Shown: one piece after another, positions 1 through 9,802 of the stretch
How positions within the stretch are numbered: the first letter of the stretch is position 1
Layout: every line of letters begins with the position of its first letter
Source of the DNA: Ginkgo biloba
Taxonomy: Eukaryota; Plantae; Ginkgophyta
Assembly: GCA_024626585.2 (NCBI GenBank)
Contig: JANKJI020000001.1
Span: 7,641,400 to 7,663,256, forward strand
Length of the DNA: 21,857 nt
Direction: 5' to 3'
Translations under genes and position numbers: made by a program
Notes under the pieces: model-generated
What the model saw: the letters and a program-made list of their open reading frames with translations, nothing else
The model's database searches: none
What the model was told of the DNA's origin: nothing

Positions 1-525
1 GATTATAAAACCAAATCAAAATCTTGATTACATAAAAATAAAAAATCATTGGTTAAAAAAGATTAAGAAACCCAAGATTTATAGATTGGCACAGAGACAA
101 TTGAAGGAAAATGGATAAGAATCTAATTTGTATTAATTGCAACACCAATTGATACAAATTGCAAACTTGAATGCATAGATGGATTGTTGTTGAACCATAA
201 GCATGCAATAAGAAAAGAACCTGAGTGCACATTCATCAAGAGAATTTTTGTTTGTGCGAGAAGACAACACCGGGATTAACCTCGACAGATGATATGCTTG
301 CATCCATTGATGTCATAGATGGAGTAGTAAACTTCATTGAAGAGAATTGTAAAGTAGGAAATTGGACCCAAGTAGAAGTTCTGTCAAGTGCCCTATTTGG
401 CAAATTCTGTTAGGAGAAACTTCTTGCTGTGGTCTGAGGAGAATTGATCATACAAGAGGATGACTGATGGATAGGAAAGTATGGTGACATCTCAAGAATA
501 GAAGACACTACTTTCTAATGGATGT

Positions 526-1580
526 ATGCAAGTTGCAAATATTTCTACACCAGTGAGAGCAATCAATAGGCATAGGTTGCCAATTTTTAGTGGCATGGAG
601 GAGGGGGATCCAATGAGAAATTGCAATGTATGTGAAACCATATGGGTTGCAAATGGATTGAAAGACGAGATAGAATCACTAAAAGCCTTCTTGTCTACCT
701 TTCATGGGGAGGCCAAGGACTGGTACAAAGAGTTTGCTAAATGCCATTTTAAAACATGGACACAATTGTAGGAGACATTGATTTAGGAGTTCTAGTAACT
801 AAGAGATGATAATGAAATCATTGACTAGATTTATAGTTTGAGGTAAGAGAAAGGGTAGACAGTGTGAGATTATAAAAATAAATTGAAATCATTATTGAAG
901 AAAATGATAGGTATCACAAACAGACTACATAAACAATAGAAGGAATGTTATCAAAGCACTAAAAAAAATTGAAGGCAGTACTTCCCACAACATATGAAGA
1001 AGCCTTAACTTGTGCATTGAACCTAGAAATAAAAGACCGAAAATAATGCTTCAAGAGACTTAAATTAGAGGAAGAATATGATCAACCATCTGTTGTGGAA
1101 GCTCTATGGGAAGATATGGAAAAATTAATGAAGTGCTCAAGAAACCCAAAGAGAAGAAAGAGGCTTGGTGTATATGGTGTCAGCAACAAGGACATTCAGA
1201 GTCTGACTATCCAACTTATAAGGACTGATATTGTAATATTTGTAAAGTGCACTTGCAGGATACTAATGAGTGCCCTTACAATATCAAGAATGCTCGACGA
1301 CCTTAGGACACTTGTGCTTTTGCCACAAAAGAGGGAATGATGTCCAAACGTGAGGTTGCATCGAGAATAGGAGGGTATAGGAAGTTCTAAACAAGTAGGG
1401 GGAATCCAGTCCCACATGACGAATAAGGAAGGGCAATGGTGCAATTCTATTAGTAAGATTGATGCAGGCCTTTCATTAAATATTGCAAAGAACCTACATG
1501 AAGACTATTAATGTGTTTCGAGCGTAGCTTGGAGGATCACCTGGATCAAGCCTATCCAAAGCAAAGGGGGTTCAACCTTA
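526..1580 (+). mobile_element. Decayed Ty3/gypsy-type LTR retrotransposon gag (capsid plus multiple CCHC knuckles)
   Basis: Frame 1 reads RLPIFSG..EGDP....VCETIWVANG....AFLSTFHGEAKDWY....FKTWTQL*ETLI*EF**LRDDNEIID*IYSLR*EKG*TV*DY, a retrotransposon-gag pattern including the Q..GE.V.DY major-homology-like region. Frame 2 from 1169 carries degenerate knuckles: CIWCQQQGHSESDY, CNICKVHLQDTNEC, QFY**D*CRPFIKYC and CFERSLEDHLDQAY. There are many stops and at least one frameshift. Confidence 0.82.
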
Positions 1581-1831
1581 TCCGATGAGACTATATGGAT
1601 GAGGAAGATTTATCTACCTGAAGGGTAGACACAAAGATCATGGATGATCTGTATCTCAATGGGTGAGTCAAAATTTTCCAATGGTAATAACTATGGATTA
1701 TTGTTTTTAGATTAAATTCTTAAAAATAATTANNNNNNNNNNNNNNNNNNNNNNNNNNNNNNNNNNNNNNNNNNNNNNNNNNNNNNNNNNNNNNNNNNNN
1801 NNNNNNNNNNNNNNNNNNNNNNNNNNNNNNN

Positions 1832-2235
1832 NTGCACTTCTATGTATTTGTTGCAAGAAGAAATAAACGATCTGTGGGCCTGTTGTAAGTTATAAGTGGC
1901 CCTGTTTTCTTAACACTTGCCGGTGATGTGCATCGTGTAAATTTGCATGCACAAGTTATAATTTGAGAATTGTAAAGTCGTGAGGCTATCTGGTAAAGCC
2001 AGTGGGCATTGTGATAGGCCGTGGGACAATTTCTGTAGCGTTAAGTTGGTTGTGCATGTAACGACAGTGGCCCAGGTTCAAATTTGGTTAATACACCTAG
2101 AGTTTTATTCCCCGAGAGGGTTTCTCCAGTTCAAAATCTCTGTGTCAGTTTCATTTTGTGGTTGCATGCTTGTTACTTGCGCATATCCTATTTTATTTTT
2201 TTGCTAGCGCAGTCGTGTCTATCTAGCGTGGTATC
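1832..2235 (+). mobile_element. Probable LTR 3' part followed by a partial tRNA-Met primer-binding site
   Basis: Contains ttttattccccgagagggtttctccag...tctctgtgtc and a T-rich U5-like tract typical of plant LTRs, then TGGTATC at 2229-2235 (first 7 nt of the tRNA-iMet PBS TGGTATCAGAGC). The terminal CA and the rest of the PBS are degenerate. Confidence 0.42.
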
Positions 2236-3603
2236 TTGACGTCGACGAAAAGATCCTGTGAGAAAGAAGGTTTGGTGGTGCTCTCAAGTAATTGTCTATT
2301 CTTATAGCCATTGTTAGTGGTAGGTGATCATGGGAGGTGGACCAGAGTGTTGAAACGTTGACCGGGAGGTTTACAAACATTGAATGTGGAACATTGTATC
2401 GCATCAAAAGGAATGTAACGTGGCAATCGTAAGAGAAATGCCACATGTTGAAGTTGTAGGTAGGAACCGTGAGAAATCTAGAACTGAGGGAGCTGTGGAG
2501 TGGTTGTAGAAGGTTGTCGGTGGTTCAACGTTACAGGAGAAGTTGTTCGGTGGTGGGGAGCAAAGAAAGTTCGTTTGAACGCCCCCCTTGAAACTGTAAA
2601 CGCCAAACGTCAGAGACCTTTGAATGCCTGTGGGAAAAGGGTTTGCAGAGAATGCTTGCATAGGTTAGAGTTACATCAACCACGAGACGCCATACATTGA
2701 AACGGAGCACCGTCACACATCGTCGATAAGAGGGACACATGTAGCAGGCCCGCTTGGCCCGTGGAGAACACAACATGCTTGGCCTCAGAATGTGAGGTTG
2801 CAAGATCAACTTTGTAGAAATTGAAAAACTGTGAGCTAGGAGTATTTGCAGACCATGGATGGAATACTGTAGTTTGTTGGATGCCACCATGGGAGGCCAG
2901 ACGTACCATGGAACGAAAGTGGTGAACAACTGGGCAAGTTGAGCAATGGGAGAAAGCTATGAACAATTGCACATACATGGGCGATGTCATAGAGAATCTA
3001 GTGAATGCAGAAGGGAGACAAAGAATCCATGGAATGAAGCAGATTGATTCAATATTGAGAAAAGAATCCATCAGGAGCGCAATAGCCTTGAAATCGCAAT
3101 TTCAATTTTTCTTTTGAAAAAACCTAAGTATCAACTTTAGGACAAATAAATAATTAAAAAGTGCTAAACTAAGTCATCCCTTGCTCACGTGAAGAAAAAG
3201 GCCTAATTGTGTTTTCAAAGCTCCTAGGTACCTTTTCCAAGTTTTGAAAAGACAGAGGTGTATAAAAATTCTCTCTTTCATCTTGAAGTGGTCATATGGT
3301 CAAATTTCAACATCTTATGTGATGATCGATGCTTTAATATCTTAAAATCCGGCTNNNNNNNNNNNNNNNNNNNNNNNNNNNNNNNNNNNNNNNNNNNNNN
3401 NNNNNNNNNNNNNNNNNNNNNNNNNNNNNNNNNNNNNNNNNNNNNNNNNNNNNNTTGGTTCCATTTTCTAAGTTTCTACACCTCTTTAGAAGTAGTCGCC
3501 TAGGTATTTCTCCTAATTCTTGATAATATTGGATACTTGACAAAGTATAGCATCGATCCTTGGGTTCAGGTCGATTGGATGCAGTTTTGACCTCAAAAGG
3601 GAC

Positions 3604-3869
3604 TACTTGCACTTGAAATGCAAGTAAGGGTGAGATGGGAGGAGGTAGAAGCTGTGCATTTGTGAGATATAAGGTGAAATTTACTTGCACCTTGAAGTGC
3701 AAGTAACTAGGCTTGCACGGCATGAATGTAAGTAAGCGATGGATACGAGGGAGTGCTATGTGGGCCCAAGGGCATATTTGCAGATTGTGGCTGAAGATGG
3801 ATGAAGACCATAGCGGCTAAGTAAAAGGCTTGATTTTTGTATGTGTTACTTGCAAGTTGCCTGCAAGTA
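3604..3869. repeat. Recurrent inverted-repeat motif TACTTGCA-N7/8-TGCAAGTA (three perfect copies, one degenerate)
   Basis: 3604-3626 tacttgca-cttgaaa-tgcaagta; 3681-3706 ttacttgcac-cttgaa-gtgcaagtaa; 3847-3869 tacttgca-agttgcc-tgcaagta; degenerate copy near 3712-3735 cttgca-cggcatgaa-tgtaagtaa. Confidence 0.88.
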
Positions 3870-3989
3870 CCATTTTGTTAATGTAACTCCTCCCACATCA
3901 TGTTGCAATTAACATATGTGGCATGTAATAACGATTATTTGCATTTTGATGGAAAGATGCCTATAGTTTTAATGATGGATTTCTTAGTT

Positions 3990-4650
3990 GATCCGGCCCA
4001 TTAATTCAGAGTCAACCATGAGGGAAAAGGCTCCCCACTACTCCTTCATTCAAGGGGGGGGGGGGACGCGGACAGACCCATTACAATAGGTGACCTATTG
4101 ATCACTCAGGGGCTCTACGGGGGCAATCATAAGTANNNNNNNNNNNNNNNNNNNNNNNNNNNNNNNNNNNNNNNGGGTTCTCTACAATTAATAAGCGGGG
4201 GGACCCTTGAGTAAGTAAGTGAGTAGGGAGGTCTAGACCCCTTAACTTTCGCAAATAGAAAGTTCGGCAAAGCTTTGGTTCCCTCTCCAATAGGTCTTTG
4301 CTCCACTTCATTGATTCATGAAGAGGGGCTTTGCGGAGAACAAGGTTTAATGACTCTATACATTCGATTAGATTCTATTACAGTCTATTGTGATGAAAAA
4401 TGGCTTTATACATGAGATTCATCCAAAGCGACATATAGGGGGGAGCTTTGCCTCCCCACCCCAAGGGGATGAAGGCTCCTTGCCCCACTCGCCCACGTTG
4501 CTTGTTGTATATGGAATTACATTACGAAAACGAATGAGAGATAGAAGCGATAGCTCCGTGGATGAGATTTATTTGCGGCATTTATACCCTGTTGCAGGGC
4601 CCAACCTATCACACTTGGAGGAGTTTACCACCATTTGAGATGCGCGATAC
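3990..4650. other. Hairpin- and palindrome-dense, higher-GC patch; possible organellar (mitochondrial group II intron or intergenic) insertion
   Basis: G12 run at 4054-4065; hairpins at 4084-4100, 4244-4264 and 4440-4457; 10-bp palindromes at 4230-4239 and 4268-4277. GGGGG..GCGGACAGACCC..GGTGAC loosely resembles group IIB intron domain I segments. No domain V is seen, so the origin is inference only. Confidence 0.28.
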
Positions 4651-6148
4651 TTCAATTTGTGGGAGCTAGTGGATGGATCGTTAGGAAATTAGTGGTGGGT
4701 ATTCAACTGAAGGATAGCTTGGCCAACATTCTGTCGTCTAAATATGAAAATGGCAATTGGTGTCTGCTTTTTTGCATTTTTCACCAACTCAACACTTAGA
4801 CTTTTTTTTTGGTGAAGGAAAGGCATAGGACTTTAGAGTTGCAATTTACAAAGGGGTTATACGATTTCTCAGACAATGTATCCTTCACTGCATCGGGGAA
4901 TTACTCCTAACCTTGCTAGGGGCTCCCCCCCTTATATCTCGTTGGGGAACTACCCCAAACCTTCTTAGGATTTTTGCTGCTAGGACTTCATGGAGGGCTC
5001 TAGAACAAAAAATAATTGATTTCTTAGGCACGAGCATCTACAATGATTGATATTTAACCAAAATTTTCATGGTGTTTTCTTTCTCATTGCCTTTCTTTTG
5101 CCACTATCAAATTCAATCCAACAACTATCTTTTGGGCCCAGATTTGACCCAAATCAACAAGGCAAGCTTGTGATGATCCTCTTACATTTTTTCTCTACAT
5201 TCAAGAAATTGGTCCCAACGACATAGCGATGGCTCATGCTATACAATATATGCAACAAATGACCTGGAATGGAAGTCTTCTTGCAAGACTTTTCTTACAA
5301 ACTAGAAGAAAGCAACACGTGTCATAATTGTGNNNNNNNNNNNNNNNNNNNNNNNNNNNNNNNNNNNNNNNNNNNNNNNNNNNNNNNNNNNNNNNNNNNN
5401 NNNNNNNNNNNNNNNNNNNNNNNNNNNNNNNNNNNNNNNNNNNNNNNNNNNNNNNNNNNNNNNNNNNNNNNNNNNNNNNNNNNNNNNNNNNNNNNNNNNN
5501 NNNNNNNNNNNNNNNNNNNNNNNNNNNNNNNNNNNNNNNNNNNNNNNNNNNNNNNNNNNNNNNNNNNNNNNNNNNNNNNNNNNNNNNNNNNNNNNNNNNN
5601 NNNNNNNNNNNNNNNNNNNNNNNNNNNNNNNNNNNNNNNNNNNNNNNNNNNNNNNNNNNNNNNNNNNNNNNNNNNNNNNNNNNNNNNNNNNNNNNNNNNN
5701 NNNNNNNNNNNNNNNNNNNNNNNNNNNNNNNNNNNNNNNNNNNNNNNNNNNNNNNNNNNNNNNNNNNNNNNNNNNNNNNNNNNNNNNNNNNNNNNNNNNN
5801 NNNNNNNNNNNNNNNNNNNNNNNNNNNNNNNNNNNNNNNNNNNNNNNNNNNNNNNNNNNNNNNNNNNNNNNNNNNNNNNNNNNNNNNNNNNNNNNNNNNN
5901 NNNNNNNNNNNNNNNNNNNNNNNNNNNNNNNNNNNNNNNNNNNNNNNNNNNNNNNNNNNNNNNNNNNNNNNNNNNNNNNNNNNNNNNNNNNNNNNNNNNN
6001 NNNNNNNNNNNNNNNNNNNNNNNNNNNNNNNNNNNNNNNNNNNNNNNNNNNNNNNNNNNNNNNNNNNNNNNNNNNNNNNNNNNNNNNNNNNNNNNNNNNN
6101 NNNNNNNNNNNNNNNNNNNNNNNNNNNNNNNNNNNNNNNNNNNNNNNN

Positions 6149-6720
6149 TCTTACCTATGGATGCTCTACCTCCCTCATTTCATTTGGAAAATCTAGAAGG
6201 AATGGAACAATAGAATTTTCAAAGAAATAAAAATGGATGCCACATCATTAAGTGCCTCAGTTAAGAGTTTTTTAGTAGATAATTAGAAAATTATGAACTT
6301 TAGTAGGTCATTGATCTCTACATTAGAAATTTCAATCCTAAGAGGATGGGGATTACCTACGCCTATGGCCTCTTCAGATAATATCTTGGTGTGATCTTAG
6401 GTAAAGTGGTATCCCCCCCCTAAGGGGTGGGTAAAATGTAATTTTGATGGAGCTTCTAAAGGGAATCCTGACCCATCTAGAGTTGGAGCTAGCAGAATTT
6501 GTAAATATTCGAAAGGGAGAATTATGGGAGCCTTTGTTAAACCTCTTGGCTCCTAGTCTAATCATTTTGTAGAGGAAATGGTCTTTCTTTTGGCTTCCAT
6601 ATTACTGGAATCCTTAGGCTTCCAAAAAGTAATCATCGAAGGTGATTCCCTGAACATTATGAGGGATACCACCAAAGTGTCAAAAGTTAGTTAGTCTATT
6701 GAGGATTTAATAAAATAAGG
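6149..6720 (+). mobile_element. Decayed plant L1-type LINE ORF2 C-terminal region with RNase H domain
   Basis: From 6149: SYLWMLYLPHFIWKI*KEWNNRIFKE (the W.IWKERN.RIF motif downstream of the LINE RT zinc-binding region). From 6404: KWYPPPKGWVKCNFDGASKGNPDPSRVGASRICKYSKGRIMGAFVKPLGS*SNHFVEEMVFLLASILLESLGFQKVIIEGDSLNIM, which has the WxPP..GW.K.NFDGASKGNP, SN..E and IIEGDS RNase H motifs. Confidence 0.92.
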
Positions 6721-8300
6721 AAAGATCATTTGTCTTTATATACTAGCATGCCAAAATTGTCAGTTGGGAGATTGCATTCAGATTTCTTTGGAATTGTCAT
6801 GGGAGTGTTCTTCCTCAAAAATACCAAGAGGATCCTTTTTCCTCACCTCATGTGACGCCAATATTCTAGAATGTGAATCCAATCATGGTCAATGGCCCAT
6901 GAAGTCAGAGATTTAGTTTTACTTCAAGATCTTATTGGAATTGGAAGTCTTTTGAGTCTCAAACATCAAATACCTTTCTTGAGAGTGTCATTAGGGTCCA
7001 GTTGAGCAATGCTTAAGTCAAGAGTCATTAGAACATGGATGGAGAAAAATACCAAAATTAGTGTGCAAACTCATGAACCATTGCACAGTTCACTGCTACT
7101 TCCTTCCACATATTGTAATTTTTATTATAGCTTCAACAACAAAAGCAATGGAGTCCATTCTAAACCATTTGGAGACCTTAGGCAAATTCATGTTGTGCAT
7201 GTGCACACTAGAAATTGTGGATTGGATGAATTCATGCTTTGGCCAATGTGAGATCAAATTGGCAATTGTTTTGCTCATTTTGGCCACTTCAACTTTATTT
7301 TTCTACCTAGCTAATTCAATTGCCGTGATCTCTTTCATATTTATTAGTTAATTTCTATTGTATCCTTTCAATGAATGCGTCATCTTTTTAGCAACTATGC
7401 AAAGTGTGAGACTTTGTAACATATGTCACTCTTCAACAACCAAGAACTCGTTGAGTTTGATGACTGATTCCTAGGTTTGCACTATGCATGATTATTCTGC
7501 AAGTCACACACTTTATAAACCAAGTCCATGCCTATGCGGCCCTAGTGTTTTTGTATGGTACATTAAAATTGGATTATAGATGATACCTGTCTTGATGTTT
7601 TGCTTGTTTGCTAGAATTCTAGGAGCTCGAGGAATTGGCTCCTTGTTGAACAATCTAGATGGGATATCATCATAGAGGAAATAAGCATGGGATTGTGTTT
7701 AGTGCTCATTGGCATTAGAACTATAAAGAGACTATGGGGTGGCCTTTTGGCAGGGCATGGTGAATCNNNNNNNNNNNNNNNNNNNNNNNNNNNNNNNNNN
7801 NNNNNNNNNNNNNNNNNNNNNNNNNNNNNNNNNNNNNNNNNNNNNNNNNNNNNNNNNNNNNNNNNNTAGATATGAAAGCCAATAAGAAGAAGAAGATAAA
7901 TTATGATCACTTGATAAGTGCTAGAGATCCTTAATTTGAACCTCGATTCCTCTTCCTTGAGATGAGGCTCCATTTTCATCAGATTTTGACTCGAAGACTC
8001 AAACCAAAAGATGGACGTAGTTTCATGAATTTGTAGATTGCTATATCCCTCCATTCTTGGGTATGAATATTTTATTAATTAGAATTCAAATAAGCTAGCA
8101 AATTCATGCCAATGTTTGTAGACAATTTTATCGAACAAGTTATCCAAACACTTCATTGCATTTGTTCATCCTTGCTTATCTTGACATGCCATACATTTAA
8201 TAACTTGTATAAAGTGAAGCCACAACTTAACATGAGAATCTATATAGATGATGTACTAAAATTGAATATGAGCAAGTACAACAAAGAGGAATGAACTCAC

Positions 8301-8380
8301 CCTTATGGCTGAATCTTGCCAACTACCCTCTTGGAGTTTATAGGGTGTATATTGTATGAAAAGATTGATAACATGTTTTC
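8301..8380 (-). CDS. PYROXD2: Next internal exon (80 bp) of the same PYROXD2-like gene
   Basis: The minus strand reads ttaattggcag|GA AAA CAT GTT ATC AAT CTT TTC ATA CAA TAT ACA CCC TAT AAA CTC CAA GAG GGT AGT TGG CAA GAT TCA GCC ATA AGG|gtgagt = (G)KHVINLFIQYTPYKLQEGSWQDSAIR. This is the expected continuation (PPGKHVINLFIQYTPY). The phase-1 join G|GA = Gly matches the upstream exon, and the donor gtgagt is a consensus site. Confidence 0.93.
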
Positions 8381-8700
8381 CTGCCAATTAACATATTTTA
8401 GTGTTAGTTCTTAAATAAGCATAAGACATTCCTCTAAAAGTTTTCAATTGCAAGCAATAAGTTGGATATAGGAAGAAAATATGAATTATTGACAAAGGAC
8501 CATGTAGGGACAAGTATATATAGGAACATTAAATTTGATACATCATAATATGTATCTTTGGCAACCTTTCCTTGGTCCAAGATGCAAGTGAATATAAAAT
8601 GTCTCAACTAATCATTTGGTCCTTCATGGCTAAGCATAGAATTCAAACAATTTTCAACTTACAGTCATAGGGTTTGAGAATGCATTCATATATATTGATG

Positions 8701-8790
8701 AGGTCTTTCTCCTTTTAGCCCACAAAATCTTCCAATGAGCCCTTTCTCTTCTAATCTCTACCATCCCTTTTGTACTAGATCCTCAAAAAT
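8701..8790 (-). mobile_element. Possible LINE ORF1 (DUF4283-like) N-terminal remnant
   Basis: The minus frame reads IFEDLVQKGW*RLEEKGLIGRFCGLKGERP. 'LIGRF.G' resembles the start of the plant LINE ORF1 DUF4283 domain, but this is a short match only. Confidence 0.35.
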
Positions 8791-9346
8791 ATTAAGTTGT
8801 CTTGGGGTTTCAATGGGAACAAAAAATTCTTTTTAGTCTAGTCTTTACAATCCCCTTCCCTTGGATTAGAAGGGGGACCTTTTGCTATTTTATTGGATCT
8901 TATTTCTCTAAGTAACACTTGACATCATTATAAATTATCCGCGATGACTTCTATCGTTGTCTTAATTACTTTTATCAAAGGACCCTTATCTTATCTTTTA
9001 ATTGCTTTCACAAGATCCATTGGCAAAGTTTTGTCTTGGGCATCAATTGGCATCCATAGACCTCGAATCTCAAATCTCTCCTCCCTTAAATTTTCCCTAG
9101 AAAAACTCATTGGTGGCTCAGATTCCAATGCAACAATACTTTTGGCAATTCAAATTCCAAGAAAACCCTCTTGGCTACTGTACAACTTCAAGGAAATCGA
9201 TTTTATCCTTTAGAAATTCAAGTATGAGACAATGCTTAAATTCTAANNNNNNNNNNNNNNNNNNNNNNNNNNNNNNNNNNNNNNNNNNNNNNNNNNNNNN
9301 NNNNNNNNNNNNNNNNNNNNNNNNNNNNNNNNNNNNNNNNNNNNNN

Positions 9347-9802
9347 CTCTCCCTTCACACTACAGCTATAGGTTATACTATGCATGCTTGTTCTATTCTT
9401 TTTGTATTCAACTTGTTCTCCCATTGTCGTTTCTCTGTAATCCACTATGTCCTTAGGATAGTAATCTCTACCTATACCTCCCATCTCACTCCCTTTTAAG
9501 GGTGAATGATAAGTAGTTCCCTGCATGTCTACTTCCTCATCCAGCAAGTCTCTTAATAACACATCCCACTCTTGTCGTGCCTCTGAGATACCTCCTAAGA
9601 ACAAGGTATGCCCTTGCAACTCTATAGAGGCCAATCCTGTGAAACCTGGAAGATTTGCAAAATCCTTTATATTTATTGTTGGAGCACCCTTTGAAATAGG
9701 GATTTTAGGTGCACTTTTGGAAAGGAAGTATGTTGGCGTTAGGGAGCTCTCAATTGCTCTTCTAAAAATTTCTTTGACCCAATTTCTTATATAGAGTAGG
9801 CT
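9347..9802 (-). mobile_element. 152-codon stop-free frame, probably the N-terminal leader of a retrotransposon gag
   Basis: Open from a TGA just upstream of 9802 to the gap at 9346: SLLYIRNWVKEIFRRAIESSLTPTYFLSKSAPKIPISKGAPTINIKDFANLPGFTGLASIELQGHTLFLGGISEARQEWDVLLRDLLDEE... It has no similarity to PYROXD2. The TE assignment is inferred from context. Confidence 0.35.

Noticed and set aside
2260-2300. YLRAPPNLL on the minus strand as the next PYROXD2 exon (MLTPPDL)
   Set aside because: The flanking residues do not match the expected DEYAPGF / ERE context.
3604-3869. CRISPR-like interpretation of the palindromic repeats
   Set aside because: Irregular spacing, variable repeat cores, no cas genes, and a eukaryotic intronic context.
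4610-4645. Short resemblance to LSU rRNA (minus strand gcatctcaaatggtggtaaactcc)
   Set aside because: About 30 nt with indels and no flanking rRNA similarity; not an rRNA gene.
5269-6230. Long ORFs in the track (also 10603-11250, 19948-20688 and others containing X)
   Set aside because: Artefacts of translating through N gaps.
6720-7610. Possible degenerate transposase frame on the minus strand
   Set aside because: Stop density is roughly that expected for random AT-rich DNA, and I could not identify any motif with confidence.
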